From positions 130,572,001 through 130,636,000 of the forward strand of contig OX597816.1 in the NCBI GenBank assembly GCA_951406725.2: DNA of 64,000 nucleotides, written 5' to 3'. The DNA is from Octopus vulgaris (Eukaryota). Below are positions 14,341 through 30,563 of this stretch, in pieces (within the stretch, counting starts at the first letter, position 1; each line of letters begins with the position of its first letter). A model generated the notes under the pieces. That model was not told where the DNA came from, searched no databases, and was given only the letters and a program-made list of their open reading frames with translations. A program made the position numbers and the translations under genes.

Positions 14341-14714
14341 GTTTAATTTTTTCCTACGCATAACGAATTTCTAGGCTTTTTATTATTTCTTCCACCGCTA
14401 ACACACTCAGATATGATGTTTCTTCTCTATGCTACTTCTATCACTGCTGAATGGCATATGTTCGTGTAAGCCAGCTACTACATATATTCTTCTCCCGCCA
14501 AACACATTCTTCTAAATCACCTTTGTCTTTCCGCCATTTCTGTTGCGTCTCACAACCCAAACACCGCACTAAACACTGCCCCTACGTCTTCTTCCTAGCA
14601 ACTCTAGCCCTCTGGAATCCAACCGTGACTTTTCACCGTTATAGACACTAACACCTTTAAAGGTTTTACTTAAAGTGGTCATGACACTTTTCTGGGCATC
14701 TTTTATCTGATATC

Positions 14715-14897
14715 TTTTACTTGTTTCAGTCATTAGACTACGCCTTGAAAGGTTTTAATCGAACAAATCAACACTTGGGCTTATTTGTTTTAAAGCCTAG
14801 TACTTATTCTATCGGTCTCTATGACCGAACAGCTAAGTTACGGTGACGTAATAACAGCAACACCAGTTGTCAAGCGGTTGTGGAATGACGCACACAC

Positions 14898-14959
<62 letters not shown>

Positions 14960-15112
14960 GACGGGCTTCTTTCAGTTTCCTTCTACCAAATCTAGTCACA
15001 GGGCTTTGGCTGGTCCGAAGCAATAGTAGAAAACACTTGCCGAAGGTGCCACGCAGTGAGACTGAACCCAGAACCACCATGTCACTGGAATGCAAGCTTC
15101 TTACCACACAGT
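14715..15112 (-). mobile_element. SINE B, bipartite with internal (TA)n
   Basis: Head 14958-15112, microsatellite, tail 14715-14880. Confidence 0.8.
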
Positions 15113-16493
15113 CACATGTCTACCATTCTGAAACTATCTTGACGAAGTTATCCCCTCTCCAGATATCAAACTCAAATTCTTGCCACAAACTGCAAAACAA
15201 CAACCACCACACCTATCTGCAATAGCACTATCCCACCAAAAAACAAAAACAAAAAAAAATTGCAGCTCTCCAATACAAACATTCAGTGAATTCGATACAT
15301 TTTGCGTTCGAGTCGGTCAGGTATATTTTATCCATTTTTCTAAGACATTCGCCTTTGTAATGGTCGTGTGGACATAGTTCTGTTGAATGAGGACTGAACT
15401 GGGGCTAAAACAACATTTAAAGACATCTTCAGGAAAATTACTTGTGATAGATTTGTCTCTTGTTCCGATGTGAAATTTGTCTCTTACATACTTAGCAAAA
15501 CAGAAACCCATATTGAACACCATCACATCCTCTTACGTCTTCATGATTCATTAATAAAATATTTTTAACCACTAAACTTATGAGTTGAGTTTAAGCGATA
15601 TTTAAGCGAAAGAATTCTAAGTCTTCGAACAAGTTACCGGCAAACTGTCAAGCGTTCTTTACCGTTAATCCTCCGCTAACTCGACAGCACTTCCCGCCGC
15701 CATCATTATTTAATTGCTCTTAATAAAACCACATTTTCTGCCACTCTTTGTCTCTCTTCTTTTCACTCTTGACTTCATTTGTTAATGGTTGCCAGAAACT
15801 TCAAAGTCTTATCTGTACAGCTACTCCAAACTTAACTCTGGTGGTAGGTCAGACAGAGATAAGAAGAGAACAACGAGGAGGATAGGGAGAGAGATGGAGG
15901 AGAAAAGAGTGGAATAAAGAGAGGGGTATAACGTTTTTCTCCCTCTTTCTCTCCCTCTTTCTCTCGGTCTTCATGAACAGACGCAGTTTAGTTGTCTTAC
16001 AGTCTTCCACTCGCAGAAACTTCGTTGCTTAATCATTTTCTTTGTGCAAAAAAGCAGAATAGTGGATTGGTTTTTCTCTTTAGCACTTCCACTTTACATC
16101 CACCCCTCTGTCTCTGTTTCTCTGTCTCTGTTTCTCTCTCTCTCCCTCTTTCTCTCTCTCGCTCTCTCTCTCGCTCTCTCTCGCTCTCTCTCGCTCTCTC
16201 TCTCTCCCTCTTTCTCTCTCTCTTTATTTCTGGTGTCTCACATATAACCATCTAACGATCATACATTCCACCTCTTGCTTATGATCGCCTCTGTCTCTTA
16301 CGCCTCCCACTTATTTCTCCCGTCGCCTCTTAATACCATGTCTCCAACAACGATCACTTCACCAACAAGCTATCGCTACCAAATTCTTGCCGAATACTTT
16401 CATGCTGCTCCAGTGCTGTACTCCCTTCCCCACAAGTCATCCATTTCTCCTTGTCCATCAACTTTATAATAGTCACACGCACACATGCACACA

Positions 16494-16538
<45 letters not shown>

Positions 16539-16808
16539 ACGTACACAATTACATACACAACAGTCCTCTCATCTCTCTCTCACTCTCAAGGACACGTGCC
16601 TGCTTGAATGCACAAACACACACACACACACAGATACACACGAGGAGAAAAAATGGCCACGTACTCATATACACACAATCTCCCGCCTAGCCACTCATAT
16701 ACGTTCCACCTCTTCACTTCTCTTTCTATCTTTCTCTAAGTCTTTCTCCAGCACAGACATATGCACACGACACTTTCCCTTCTCCTTCTCTCGTCTTTAC
16801 ACTCGTGT

Positions 16809-16860
<52 letters not shown>

Positions 16861-16901
16861 ACATTAAATACATATACAGATTCACAAAAATACATGTTTA
16901 G

Positions 16902-17718
16902 TAGCTGGCAGAAACGTTAGCATGTCGGGCGAAATGCGTAGCCGTATTTCGTCTGCCGCTACGTTCTGAGTTCAAATTCCACCGAGGTTGACCTTGACTT
17001 TCATCTTTTCGGGGTCGATTAAATAAGTACCAGTTACGCACAGGGGTCGATATAATCGACTTAATCCGTTTGTCCTCTCTGTGTTTAGCCCCTTGTGGGT
17101 AGTAAAGAAATAGGTATTTCTTCCTGCTTAACATTCTGGGTTCAAATTCCGCCAAGGTCGACTTTGCCTCTCATTCAGGGTCGATAAAATATTATAACCA
17201 GTTGAGCAATGGAGTCGATGTAAACGACTTTCAGTCATTTTGCCTGTGCTTGAATTATTACCTACAAAATAAATCTTACCCAGAATTGTGCATACGGGTA
17301 CTCATGCTATGGATAAGCCTACCCTACGAGCTGACAGAAACGTTAGTACACTGGACGAAATGCTTAGTGGTATTTCGTCTGCCGTTACGTTCTGAGTTCA
17401 AATTCTGCCGAGGTCGACTTTGCCTTTCATCCTTTCGGGGTCGATTAAATAAGTGCCAGTTACGCACTGGGGTCGATATAATCGACTTAATCCGTGTGTC
17501 TGTCCTTGTTCGTCTCCTCTGTGTTTAGCCCCTTGTGGGTAGTAAAGAAATAGGTATTTTGTTTGTCTTTATGTTCTGAGTTCAAATACCGCCGATGTCG
17601 ACTTTGCCTTTTATCTTTTAGGGGTCGATAAATTAAGTACCAGTTGCATTCTGGGATCGATCTAATCGCCTTGCCTCCTCCCCCAAAATTTCGGGCCTTG
17701 TGTCTAGAGTAGAAAAGA
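16902..17718 (+). mobile_element. Two dimeric SINE A composites
   Basis: Junction gccccttgtgggtagtaaagaaataggtattt at ~17088 and ~17528. Confidence 0.85.
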
Positions 17719-19624
17719 ATAAAAACCTGCCCGACGAATGCTTTAATATATCCAGGTCAATAAAATAATGTTATGAGCTTTTGCCTTTCGATTAGACGCA
17801 AGATTCAACACTCTTTATTGCATATGGAATCGATATAGAATAATTATTGTTGATGCAGACCGTCACTAGCAGATTTGGATTCCGGATTTTACTCCATTCA
17901 GTCGGCAATATGCTTCCGGTTTAAATGTTTTCTCTGCCCCAATGTTAGAAATCAAGGGCAATGAATGATAGAATCGATGAGCATTATTTATGTACCATAC
18001 CGGAGCATTGTAAGTTTAAATCCTGTTTGGGTTAGCCTCACCTTTCATGGTTTTCTTTTATTTCTTGTTGAGCAGAAAAGAAAATAGAAGCCCATGAGCC
18101 TCTTCAAGGCATCTGAGATTGACGGACTGAAGTTATCCTCGGATCAGAAACCTGACCAGAATGCTTGCAACAGAGTGGATTCCGCTAAAGGCATCTATGA
18201 TAAAGGCGTGGTGCTGAACCGAGTGAAATGTAATGAACAAGAATAGATCCGCCGACGGCCTTCCAATTTCCGTCAACAAAATTTCATTCAGAATGCTTTA
18301 GTTAATCCGAGGCTGTGGTGCTGTGTAGTAGGATTGAAGCTAAAATCATATACTTTTTAACCATAGAGCCATACCTGCGCCCATAAATGCCAGTCAAGTG
18401 CCGGGGCCAATTCCCTTTACTGAGCAAAACTCCCAAAATATGTGGCCTTGTGTCTAGATTCGGTATCCTTATGGAGGATGTATATTTAAGTTTCAGGATC
18501 ATATTATCTATAAAGAGAAAAAAGATCAACGTGCGTTGTCATTGAAACGTATCTAGTTTGTATCTGAAACCTTCCTTGCCTTCAGAATTGTTCGCTTTGT
18601 GCCGAATTTAGAAAGAATTATTAGGGAGAGGTAAGGCGAATCGTATCAACCTTCTTATAAGACTAAAATTTATTTATCGACCTCGGAACAGTAAAAAGCA
18701 TCGTAAAGGGATATAATTAGATAGCACACGGTATATTTTGCGTATATTTTCCAGTGCATTACCCATTCTGGCACGCATACACACACACGCGCACTTTACT
18801 CCCATCATGATCATGATCATCATCACCATTATCATCAATGATGATGACGACGACGACGATGGTGATGATGATGTATTAATTTTGAAGTTTAATGTTTTTA
18901 TCAGTCATAGCATGCGTTATCTTATTTTTCTTTATTTTTCGCCCGAAAAATGCATGACATTTTTATTATCAATATTATTGTATTTATCTATTTATTTCTT
19001 TATCTATTTCTGCTGCCATGTCTTGTAGAGTTCCTATTTTCAAGATATTTAGACACTTTGGCATTCTTGATAAGAATATCTCAAGTCATAATTGTATTAC
19101 TGCATAAATTTTTGGCGTGCGAATTTGGTATGTGTTTGGCTATTTCAACGTATACTTACGTATGTGTGCGTGCGTGTGCGTGTGTGTATGTGTGTGTATG
19201 TTCCTATAATTACGTGCATGCTTGTATGTTAATGTGTGCCTCGTGGGTTGTATGTATGTATGCTTCTGTGTTCGTATGTATGTAAGGCTATGCATGTGCG
19301 TATCCATGCGTGCATCTATGTATAAGTGGGCGACTGTCGAAGTTAATATTAGCTTATGCCCTGTGAAATATCTCCGACTGTTCTTTAGAGCCTTACCAAA
19401 TTGCAGAAGTAGACATCGTTGGGAATACTAACAAACTCTAATTATTTATCCAATTTACTGCCCAGCTGTCTTTGCTGTCATTCCAAATGTCTGCGACGAG
19501 CAAACATTTTCCTTTGCAGAAAAATATGAGGGTTTCTGCTTATAATGAAATGGCAGATAGAGCTCCCTCGAGGAGGACACCGGATGGATAGAATAAGGAT
19601 GGAACCAGTGGAAACGGTGGGAAT

Positions 19625-20150
19625 GGTTGTGGTGGTGGCGTTGGCAGTCGTGTAGTTATTGTTGTTGTTGGGTGGTTGTGTTAATGGTGATGGTTGTGGC
19701 GGCGATGGTGGTGGTTGTGGTGGCGATGTTGATGGTGATGGCTGTGATGGTGGTGGTTGTTGTGGCGATGGTAGTTGCAGGGGTTGTGATAATATTTGGA
19801 GCCAAAATACTGACAGTTGTGATATTAGCTTTAGTTGTGTGGTCATGCTCATGTCTCACATTGTTGCTGTTATTATTGTTGTTGTTGTTGTAGTAATGGA
19901 GGTGGTGTTAGAGTTTGTTGTGGATACAGTGGGAGTGTGCCTGTAGTAGCAGCTGTATTGGCAGTAGTAGCCGTGGTAGTTGTGATGGTATTTCACGGTC
20001 GAAATACTAACGGTTGTTTTTCAAGCTTCGGTTGTGTGACCTTGTTTTATGTAGTTGTGATGGTGGTAGTGGTAAATGTAGTGTTGATAGTTTTGGTAAC
20101 TATGCTGGTTGTGTCGTCGGGGATAATCATGGTTGTTATAATATTAGGGG
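19625..20150. repeat. Degenerate trinucleotide low-complexity tract (similar tract 4525-4810)
   Basis: (GGT/GTT/GAT/AGT)n mosaic. Confidence 0.85.
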
Positions 20151-21838
20151 AACCGAAATACTGATTGCTGTTACACTGTCTTTGGTTGCACCTTCATGTC
20201 AGTTGTGGTTGGTAACCCTAATAGTTAGTCGTAAAAAGCAAAACTTTTGAAGATAAAACTTGACTAGATCATAAGATTCTTTGGAATTGGTTACTGGTTG
20301 GGGCCGTAGTGAGAAAGGTGATTGTTGCTATTGTTTAGTCCCAATTCAGATCTATGACTGAAGGGCAATCTGGCCCTGACAAAACCACTGTTTTTTGTGA
20401 GATTACTAGGATCACATTATTCAAAGTATCCTTGTATTTTTAACACGGTAGGGCGTATTTGAAGAGTATATGGCTGTTATTTCTAGTCACATGGACTCAA
20501 ATATGTTGATTATTGTTGTAGTAGGGTAGACTGATGTATGGCTGATTAGTGTTGGTGTCGTAGTTGATTGTAATTATCGTAATGTTGTTGATGAAGTCGT
20601 ATAGATGTGTTCATCTCTGCTTGGTAGAACTGAAAGTCATCAGTTATCTGCATTCTCAGCTGTTGTTATTCTCTCTAAGTTCTGGATACACTGTCCTAGA
20701 AATATAGTTTTGCTGCAAGTGGTTCATATTCTTAGATACAGCAAAGAGATAGCTGAGAAAAATATGTGGTTGTTAGACAGAGAAGGTTAGTCACTTAAAA
20801 CTGATACTTCTCAGTTGCGGTTTAAAAAAAAATCGGATTTTAATGCAGGAGATCCAACTATATTTCAAGTGAAACCAAGAAGTGAATTTACTATTATTTT
20901 CTGGAATGCCGCAGAAATAAATCCAAGAGCTCAGTTTTTAGCAAATTGAAAGTGCAGGCAAGTTGACCTAGGCACCGTAACAAATACTGCGAGACAGTTT
21001 CTCTGTCACGATTCTGCCAATGTATCACCCTTTATTCTCGTCCTGTGAAAAGTAACGCTGCATTTTAAAGCAAATAGTCTGACATTGTGCCACAAACAGT
21101 TTAGAAGCCGATAAAAGATGTTTTCGCAATCAACCAATCAGCATAGGCTTAATGACCAAATGTTAATGTAGACACGCGCTGTGTGTATATAGCGAAGGCA
21201 AAGATTTTAATGAGCTGCATATTCAGCATTGTTTGCCTTACGAATTTCGTATGACCAGCAATGCAGCACGTACAATTTGTACGCGGAATTTGAACTCAGA
21301 ACGTAGCAGCAGACAAAATATCGCTAAGCATTTCACCTGGCGTGCTAACGATTGTGCTAGATCACCGCCTTAAAAACAACAACTATAAAAAACAAGGTTT
21401 TAAAATGGTATTAAGCAAAACAATTGAAACATGTTTTCGTCGGGTTAGATGTCGGCTTCCTGTAAATAAATATGAGATTAAGAATGAAAGAAAAGAAAAC
21501 AATAAGTGAAAACAACTGTTTACCTAAGTAATTTATCTTTTTTATTTAATTTCAGGACATTGATCTTTAATCGATGTTTTCTGAACTAAATGACTGATTA
21601 GTTTTGCTGGTTTTCCTCTCTATTTTTATATATATTATAATGTTTTTGATTAGCTTCTCTGCGGGTTGCTTATTAATTTACCTAAAAGTCTTTTGGTTAG
21701 ACATATGCATACATATATACATATATATGTATGTTTATATATTTGTATGTATGTGTATTTATGTATCAAGTACAATTACGCATAGGAATCTATATGCATG
21801 TATTTATATATATGCATATTTGTTTGTGTGCATGTATA

Positions 21839-21891
<53 letters not shown>

Positions 21892-21992
21892 TTGTGTTTA
21901 TGTCTGAAGTACAATTACGTATAGGCATATGTATGCATGTATTTATATATAAGTATATATGTGTGTGTGTACATATGTATATGTTTATGCGC

Positions 21993-22036
<44 letters not shown>

Positions 22037-22049
22037 GTGTGTGTGTGTA

Positions 22050-22352
22050 TCAAAGACCATGAATGACCATGGGATTGCACCGAGGTACAAGTCCGGGCAA
22101 AGTTGTTTGTGGAAGGCCGGCAGTCGCCCATGCATACCAGCCTCCTCTGTCCACCCCACTGATGTTATGCAAGAGAAAGACAAAGGCCGATACAGCTTGG
22201 CACCAGTGATATCGCAACCCATTTCTACAGCTTGAGTTAACTGGAGCAACGTGAAATAAAGTGTCTTGCTCAAGAACTCAACACGCAGCCCGGTCCGGGA
22301 ATCGAACTCACAAAACTCACGATCGTAAGCTTGACGCTCTAACCACTGAGTC
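22050..22352 (-). mobile_element. SINE C-related copy with a different 3' tail
   Basis: Shares ggagcaacgtgaaat...gtgtcttgctcaagaac...cccggtccgggaatcgaac with family C. Confidence 0.7.
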
Positions 22353-22427
22353 ATGTACCTTCACACACACATACACACACGCACACACACACACGCACGC
22401 ACACACACACACACAGACACAGACACA

Positions 22428-22489
<62 letters not shown>

Positions 22490-22765
22490 GGCGGACTGGC
22501 CAGGTTCCAGCTTGCTCGATGGCAAATGGGTCTTTGTGCGATTAGAATCCATATATAGGGGACCATGTTAGTATCCGTTCAAGTTTGAGAATTTTTTTAT
22601 TCACTCCTGGAAGAATGCATTATTTCAACGTGGGTGTGTTTGTAGACAGTTGAAAAGAATACTTTTAACACACAAAAAAAAAAAAAATTAAATGATAGCA
22701 TTGTAGTTGCGGGTGGGTACCCTTAGTCTCCTGGCAACAAATATTTTTAGAACCAGTCCGCCACT

Positions 22766-22850
<85 letters not shown>

Positions 22851-23657
22851 TATACATATATATTAGTGACAACTCTGGCACCCTGGGTGTTCGGGCTTAG
22901 CCCGAGTATAGATTTTGTAAAGTGAACATGTATTTGCAAGCTGACTTGATTTCTGCCAACACTGACTTCAAGTATGTAATTGCAGGCAATAACTCGGGCT
23001 CCTTTTATTGAGTATGGTCGCAGTTCATTTATTTTCATACACCATCCGGTGGTCGTCTTAGAGGTGCCATCTGCCAAAAAATATCACTCGTAGCAGAAGT
23101 TCTCTCGACATCGTTCAGACACACCTGAATCAGGCTCAGAAGTCACAGCTCGAGTTGTTAAAAGTAATTCAAGTTCAATGTTTTCTTGAAACAATGGATT
23201 TGTATAGAGATTAGGATTTAAATTCCCTTCTATGAAAGTTTCTGTTCTACAATATTCTTAAAGGAATGAAAAACTATCCAGCAACTCAGGCTAATACGAA
23301 CGAGCCTGGTAAGTGTAAATGACTAGCTGGCATCTCTTTCAAGAGTATAGATCGCTGATGTTTGTTGTGCACTCCACTGTCGTTATTTGATTGCTGTTAT
23401 TCCATGCGCCTGTGTGTAAAGACCAGTTGTGTTTTGCAGGATTGTTTTATTTTTACTTTTAGAAATTGAGAAAGACATATTAAAACTATATTTCTGTCTT
23501 GTTAAATCATCAGTGCGCATATAAGTCTGCGGTGTCCATTACGTCACTTACCTTCTTTTATACATGAATCTTGTGCGAAATCTGTGATGAGCCCGAGTGA
23601 CGCTGATGACCTGGAGTCGCCTCTGATATATATATATATGTTTATATGTATGAGTAT

Positions 23658-23778
<121 letters not shown>

Positions 23779-24480
23779 TGTGTGTATGTAGATATGGTGA
23801 ACATTATTACCAGCATCAATACATAATGCATAAACATGATACAATTTTCGATTCTACTTAATTTTCAGTCATTATAAACTTCTTGTTCTTCCACACCGTC
23901 CTTCATTTATTTCAAAAGAACAAAAGGAGTATGCCATAAGAGAGACACCAGATGGAAATTCAGTATTTAAACATCACATAAAAGATATTCTTTTATCACA
24001 TGAGCATCAAATAAATGTCTGTTCTTTTGCCAATCGTTGTTCAGCAGTAATCTCTCTCTTTATTTCTCTTAATTTGTTTTCTTTCTTCCTCCCTCGCAAG
24101 AGTCTCACGTTTTTGTTAAACTACCATTTCATCTGCTCCTCAACTTATCTTCCATTAACACAAATCCACGCAAATTTCGCAACTGTCATTTATACACTCG
24201 TTCATAATCCATAAAAAAAAAACGTTTTTCTTATTGTAGAGAGGGCATTTGTGATAAATTCTTCGGTCACCAATCAGTGCGTTAGTCTAACACACACGCA
24301 CACACTCATATAATTAGACAAGGCAGCATTTGATGTGTGTAACATAATGTAGTAAAGTGTTCCCTGATGATCTGTTGTAGTTCAGCATCTAACTGCACTT
24401 TGAACATCCAATGTAGAAGTTGCAAATATATCCACAATGGCGAAATGTATGTAGGGAACAAATGATACAGACTTGTTTTT

Positions 24481-24549
<69 letters not shown>

Positions 24550-24841
24550 CACCGTGATCACCGTGACCGACCAGGCTATCAGATGTTGCTCCACATCGCT
24601 GGTCACAATGCGTTTCGCATTGTTTTAGCCTTCAAATGACGCCACCCCGCTGGCTAAGCGAGCAGGCCAACAGAGGAAAGAGTGAGAGAAAGTTGTGGCG
24701 AAAGAGTACAGCAGGGATCGCCACCACCCACTGCCGGAGCCTCGTGGAGCTTTAGGTATTTTCGCTCAATAAACACTCACAACGCCCGGTCTGGGAATCG
24801 AAACCGCGATCCTACAACCGTGACTCCGCTGCCCTAACCAT
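24550..24841 (-). mobile_element. SINE family D (second copy 29640-29805)
   Basis: Both loci share gagcctcgtgg...cgctcaataaacactcacaacgcccggtctgggaatcgaaaccgcgatcctac. Confidence 0.8.
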
Positions 24842-24873
24842 GTATGTACACACACACACACACATATATATAT

Positions 24874-24961
<88 letters not shown>

Positions 24962-25327
24962 CACACATATATATACATATATATATATATATATACATAT
25001 ATAAATATATATATGTATGTATATATATATATATATTATATACACGCACATACATATCTATATATATGTATGTACGTATGTTTGTACATAAGTGTGTAAA
25101 TACATACATACACATATACATACATACATACATGCATATACACACACACACGCAAACACACAGGTATAACGCTCATTTTAGCTCATTGATGCACACCGTT
25201 ATATTAGATATGTCACCATTTATTGTATGTTATATTTATTTGTATGTCTAGTCTTTGTATGAAACAAGAATTTTAACGACTACAATTTTGAAATGAACTG
25301 CGGAAACAAGAATGTGAATCAACCCTC

Positions 25328-25377
<50 letters not shown>

Positions 25378-25499
25378 TGTAGCTCTCTCTCTCTCTTATA
25401 TACATATGCACACTCACATACATATGTGAATATGCAAAATAAATATATGATTTATGCATGTATATATATATATATATATTTAGGTATGTATGCAAGTAG

Positions 25500-26282
25500 G
25501 TATGTATAATAGAATGAAGGTATAGACAAGCAAATAAGAAGTACCAGGTCAGATTATGACATTTATTTATTTAAACAGAGACACAACATAAGGGGTAAAT
25601 TGAATGTTACACGTGTTTAGAAGAGATCGATAAAAGATCGGTTGAGGATCGTTCGCAATGGTTGTGATATATGTTACTATTGATTTGGAACAGTTATAAT
25701 CCGTATTATTGATATTAGATAGTTGGTTCCGGAAGGTAATCGTAGGTGGAATCCAAAGCTGGATGGGAACAATGAAGAGGATGCACAGTTGATGTAATTA
25801 CCTGCGAGCAGTCCGCTGTCAGTGTTTTAATGGCAATTTATTCCATCTTCGGAGGAAAAGTGAGTTAGGATCTTGCTAGGTAATAAAGGTAGAAATGAGC
25901 CTAAAGGAAGAAAGTCAGCGTATCGAATGTCAAAGTACGCTGGGAATCTAGTATAGTGGACGAGATATCTCCAAGTCCAGAGTCTGAGGATGTGGCTAGA
26001 GCCGATATGAGGGAGGAAGGGTGATACCTAGTGTGAGGGTGTGAAGGAGACAATGTGTAGAATTACAGTTGTGAAAAATACCAGTATACATCACGATCAT
26101 AACAAATATTCTTCGATCGATCTTTTATCGATCTCTTGTGATCTAAACTCTTGCAACATTCAATTTCTTCCCGCAAGTTGTGTCAATGTATAAATATACA
26201 AAATGTATAAATATATAAGATGTCACGATCTGACCTGATACCACTTGTTTGCCTGTTTGTACTTCTATTGAATTATACATGC
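25500..26282. repeat. Element with ~150-bp imperfect inverted arms
   Basis: 25500-25650 (...caggtcagattatgacat...aattgaatgtt...aagagatcgataaaagatcg) vs 26108-26282 (...cgatcttttatcgatctctt...aacattcaatt...atgtcacgatctgacctg). Confidence 0.75.
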
Positions 26283-26319
26283 ACCAGCTCGATTGAATAT
26301 GTGTAATATATCTTTCTAT

Positions 26320-26425
<106 letters not shown>

Positions 26426-27094
26426 TTATCATCAGGATCACACAATTAATGTGTGTGTTGGTAAATGTTACAAATCTGCAATATTTCCTTTAAAGATGTA
26501 TTATGTTAAAAAACAGCACATCTCAAAGCTAATTGAAACGAAATAGTCTCGGAAGTGAACTAGAGCAAAATATATCGGTAATTCGCGGTTATTTCCGCTC
26601 TTTAGTGCCACATCGTCCTCCGCTTCCGAAATGACGAATTAACATCGCTTTCTAACGTTTATTAAAACGCATACATGAAGTTAATGATATTGATAATGTT
26701 TACATTATTGAACTGCTGGTAACACATAGTTTAAATTTTGTCTTCTTTGTGCGACGCTTTTGCTCATCAGGAAATAAATCTTACACTATTTGTATATTTA
26801 CCTGTAACTGTTTTGAAGTGGAGGAGAAAGTGACACAGAAGAGGGAAAATAACCGCGAAATGTCATTGTCTGTCACTCTCGTTCATTCCGGAGCGATTTC
26901 ATTTCGTCTAGTTTTGGGTTATGGGGTGTTTTATTTAACACAATACATCGTTTAAGGGATCTCCTTCAGACGAAATATCGCAATTTAGTAGTGTTTATTA
27001 ACACACACAAAGTATGTGATATTGATAATGTTAACATTATTGAACTGCTTCAAACACCAAATTTGAATATATATATAGATATATATATATATAT

Positions 27095-27735
<641 letters not shown>

Positions 27736-28098
27736 ATATATATATATATTACATTAAAATATGTAATAAATATTACATACTTCTTATATATATACAAAAT
27801 ATATTTTGTATTTTATACACACACTCACAAACGTATAAACGCACACATTACCTCTCCCTCTCCCTATCTCTATATATATTTATGTATGTTTGATGCATAT
27901 ATATCTATGTATGCATATATTGGTGCACTCACAGATGCACACATAGAATCATTCAGATATATGTACGTAGTGTATATGTATTGTATATATTATGCAGTAT
28001 ATATAATATATCTTTTCTACTATAGGTACGAGGCGTGTGTTTTTTTGAAGAGAATTGTCTATACCATTTCTATATCAATATACATATTATATATATAG

Positions 28099-28260
<162 letters not shown>

Positions 28261-28269
28261 TATATATGT

Positions 28270-28319
<50 letters not shown>

Positions 28320-28331
28320 TATTATATTATA

Positions 28332-28372
<41 letters not shown>

Positions 28373-28661
28373 CTTCACCTAACACGGAACCTTCTATACG
28401 TTTGAATAAGGAACCTGTAGTCGACTGTGGAATATGTGAGGTGAGTGTAACCCTGTGTGACTTTGAATACAGGTTGCGTATTCTCTTGGTACTTATGAAT
28501 GTGAGCATAACTGGAATGATAAATCCGTATTTACTTTAGTAAGTACCTATATAACAGTACACATTGTTAGAGCATTGGTGCGGTATCCTCGACTCTACCT
28601 TGGCGCTTTTACCATTTGAATACCCGATTCTATCAGATCCTGAAAATGTTATATATATATA

Positions 28662-28750
<89 letters not shown>

Positions 28751-28776
28751 TGTGTATGTGTGTGTGTGTATGTATG

Positions 28777-28815
28777 TTTGTATTTTGCAGGCAGTTAAAG
28801 AGAACGTCATCACAG
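28777..28815 (+). repeat. Perfect 39-nt inverted copy of the Wnt7 acceptor/exon junction (36468-36506)
   Basis: tttgtattttgcaggcagttaaagagaacgtcatcacag is the exact reverse complement of ctgtgatgacgttctctttaactgcctgcaaaatacaaa at 36468-36506. Confidence 0.95.
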
Positions 28816-28899
28816 CTCAGTAGTGGTTAGTTTTACTCAGGGATCTGTGCTTTCGATGGCTCGTCATTAATTAAGCAATATCAATTCTTTTTATTCAAA

Positions 28900-29185
28900 C
28901 GGTGCTGTGACTAAAATAGTATTTAAGCTTGCTTCCCAACCAGATGGCTCCGGGTTCAATTTCATTGCGTGGCACCTTCGGCAAGTGTCTTCTACTAGAG
29001 CCTCGGGCCGACCAAAGCCCTGTGAGTAGATTTGGTAGAATCCCATCGTATATATGTATGTATATATCGTCCCTGTGTATGTCTTTGTGTTTGTCCCCCC
29101 ATCAGCACTGCTTGACAACCGGTGTTGGTGTGTTTGCGTCTCATAACATAGCGGTTCGGTAAAAGAGACCGATAAAATAAGTACT
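28900..29185 (+). mobile_element. SINE B copy
   Basis: gcgtggcaccttcggcaagtgtctt core, then tail ttgacaaccggtgttggtgtg...gagaccgata. Confidence 0.8.
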
Positions 29186-29427
29186 ATGGTTTATTATAAG
29201 GAAATATAGTTAAGCATTGATGTAAAGGAGTAAGCAGATAATTAAGAGGAAATTGGACCTTCTGTATTCGAGTTTGCCTATTCAAATGATGAGATGATAT
29301 AAGATGAAATGATGAGGAATAGATTTAATAAAATGTTGTGGAGAAAATAGACAAATGAATAATAGCGAACCACAAAACTTGGTTGGAATTCCTCTTATAT
29401 ATATATGCATATATATATATGCATGTG

Positions 29428-29479
<52 letters not shown>

Positions 29480-29522
29480 GTGTATATATATACGTGTATA
29501 TATATATATACCTACATATATA

Positions 29523-29564
<42 letters not shown>

Positions 29565-29809
29565 TATATATGTAGGTATATATGTATATATATACACGTA
29601 TATATATACATTTATATATATATACATATATATATATGAAAAAGTGAGAGAAAAATGTGGTGAAAGAGTACACCAGGGTTCGCCCCCCTCCCCTGCCAGA
29701 GCCTCGTGGTGCTTTGGGTGTATTCGCTTAATAAATACTCACAACGACCTGTCTGGGAATCGAAACCGCGATCCTACGACCGCGAGTCCGCTATCCTAAC
29801 CACTGGGTC

Positions 29810-29888
<79 letters not shown>

Positions 29889-30563
29889 CATACATATATA
29901 CATACATACAAACCTACATGCACATATACACGTCTTTAAAACCTATATCTGATTTTGACGCTGCCGGTTATTGAAACGATTAAATCAGACAAGCAGCGTA
30001 ACAATATATACACAACAACGTTCATAAATATATCGAATTATAGTTGTCATCAAAATTCAATTGGTTATCCCCACCCCATTCTAAAAGCGTTAGAAAATAC
30101 GCTTCACATTCCCCTAATAATTTGTCATATGCAAAATAATATTTCTTTGCAAAAGTACGAGTTATTTTCATGTCATCAGTCTCATATGTGTAAAACACAT
30201 GAAACAATGCAGGTTATCAAAGTTAAGAAAGTTTTAGAGTTGATTGATACATGAATGTTTCTTCATTATAGGTTTATCGTTCGTGTTAAGGTAAATACAT
30301 TATATAGGTTACAAAACAATATTAGTTATTCGACAGATGAAAATTCGTCCGTTAATATCCATAGAAGTTTCTGCAGCAATTTACCAATTGAAATCTTTTA
30401 TTTAACATAGCTAAAAGCTGAGATGAAAATTTCCATTGAAAACATACACAAGTCTCCTCTTATATATATTAGCAATTAGTAAATGCTTAAATTTCTGCCG
30501 TTTCAATATTATGCTTCTTTCTGAGGCATTAGTCTCTCGAGCTAAAATATCAATTGCAAATAA

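Noticed and set aside
19478-20250. Overlapping Pro/Thr/Gly/Val-rich ORFs (also 4519-5043, 11391-11704, 49399-49709)
   Set aside because: Stop-poor trinucleotide repeats open in several frames; no domain or exon evidence.
22880-23330. Unique-looking minus-strand ORF MADGTSKTTTGWC...
   Set aside because: No recognisable domain and it runs into a microsatellite; possibly TE debris.
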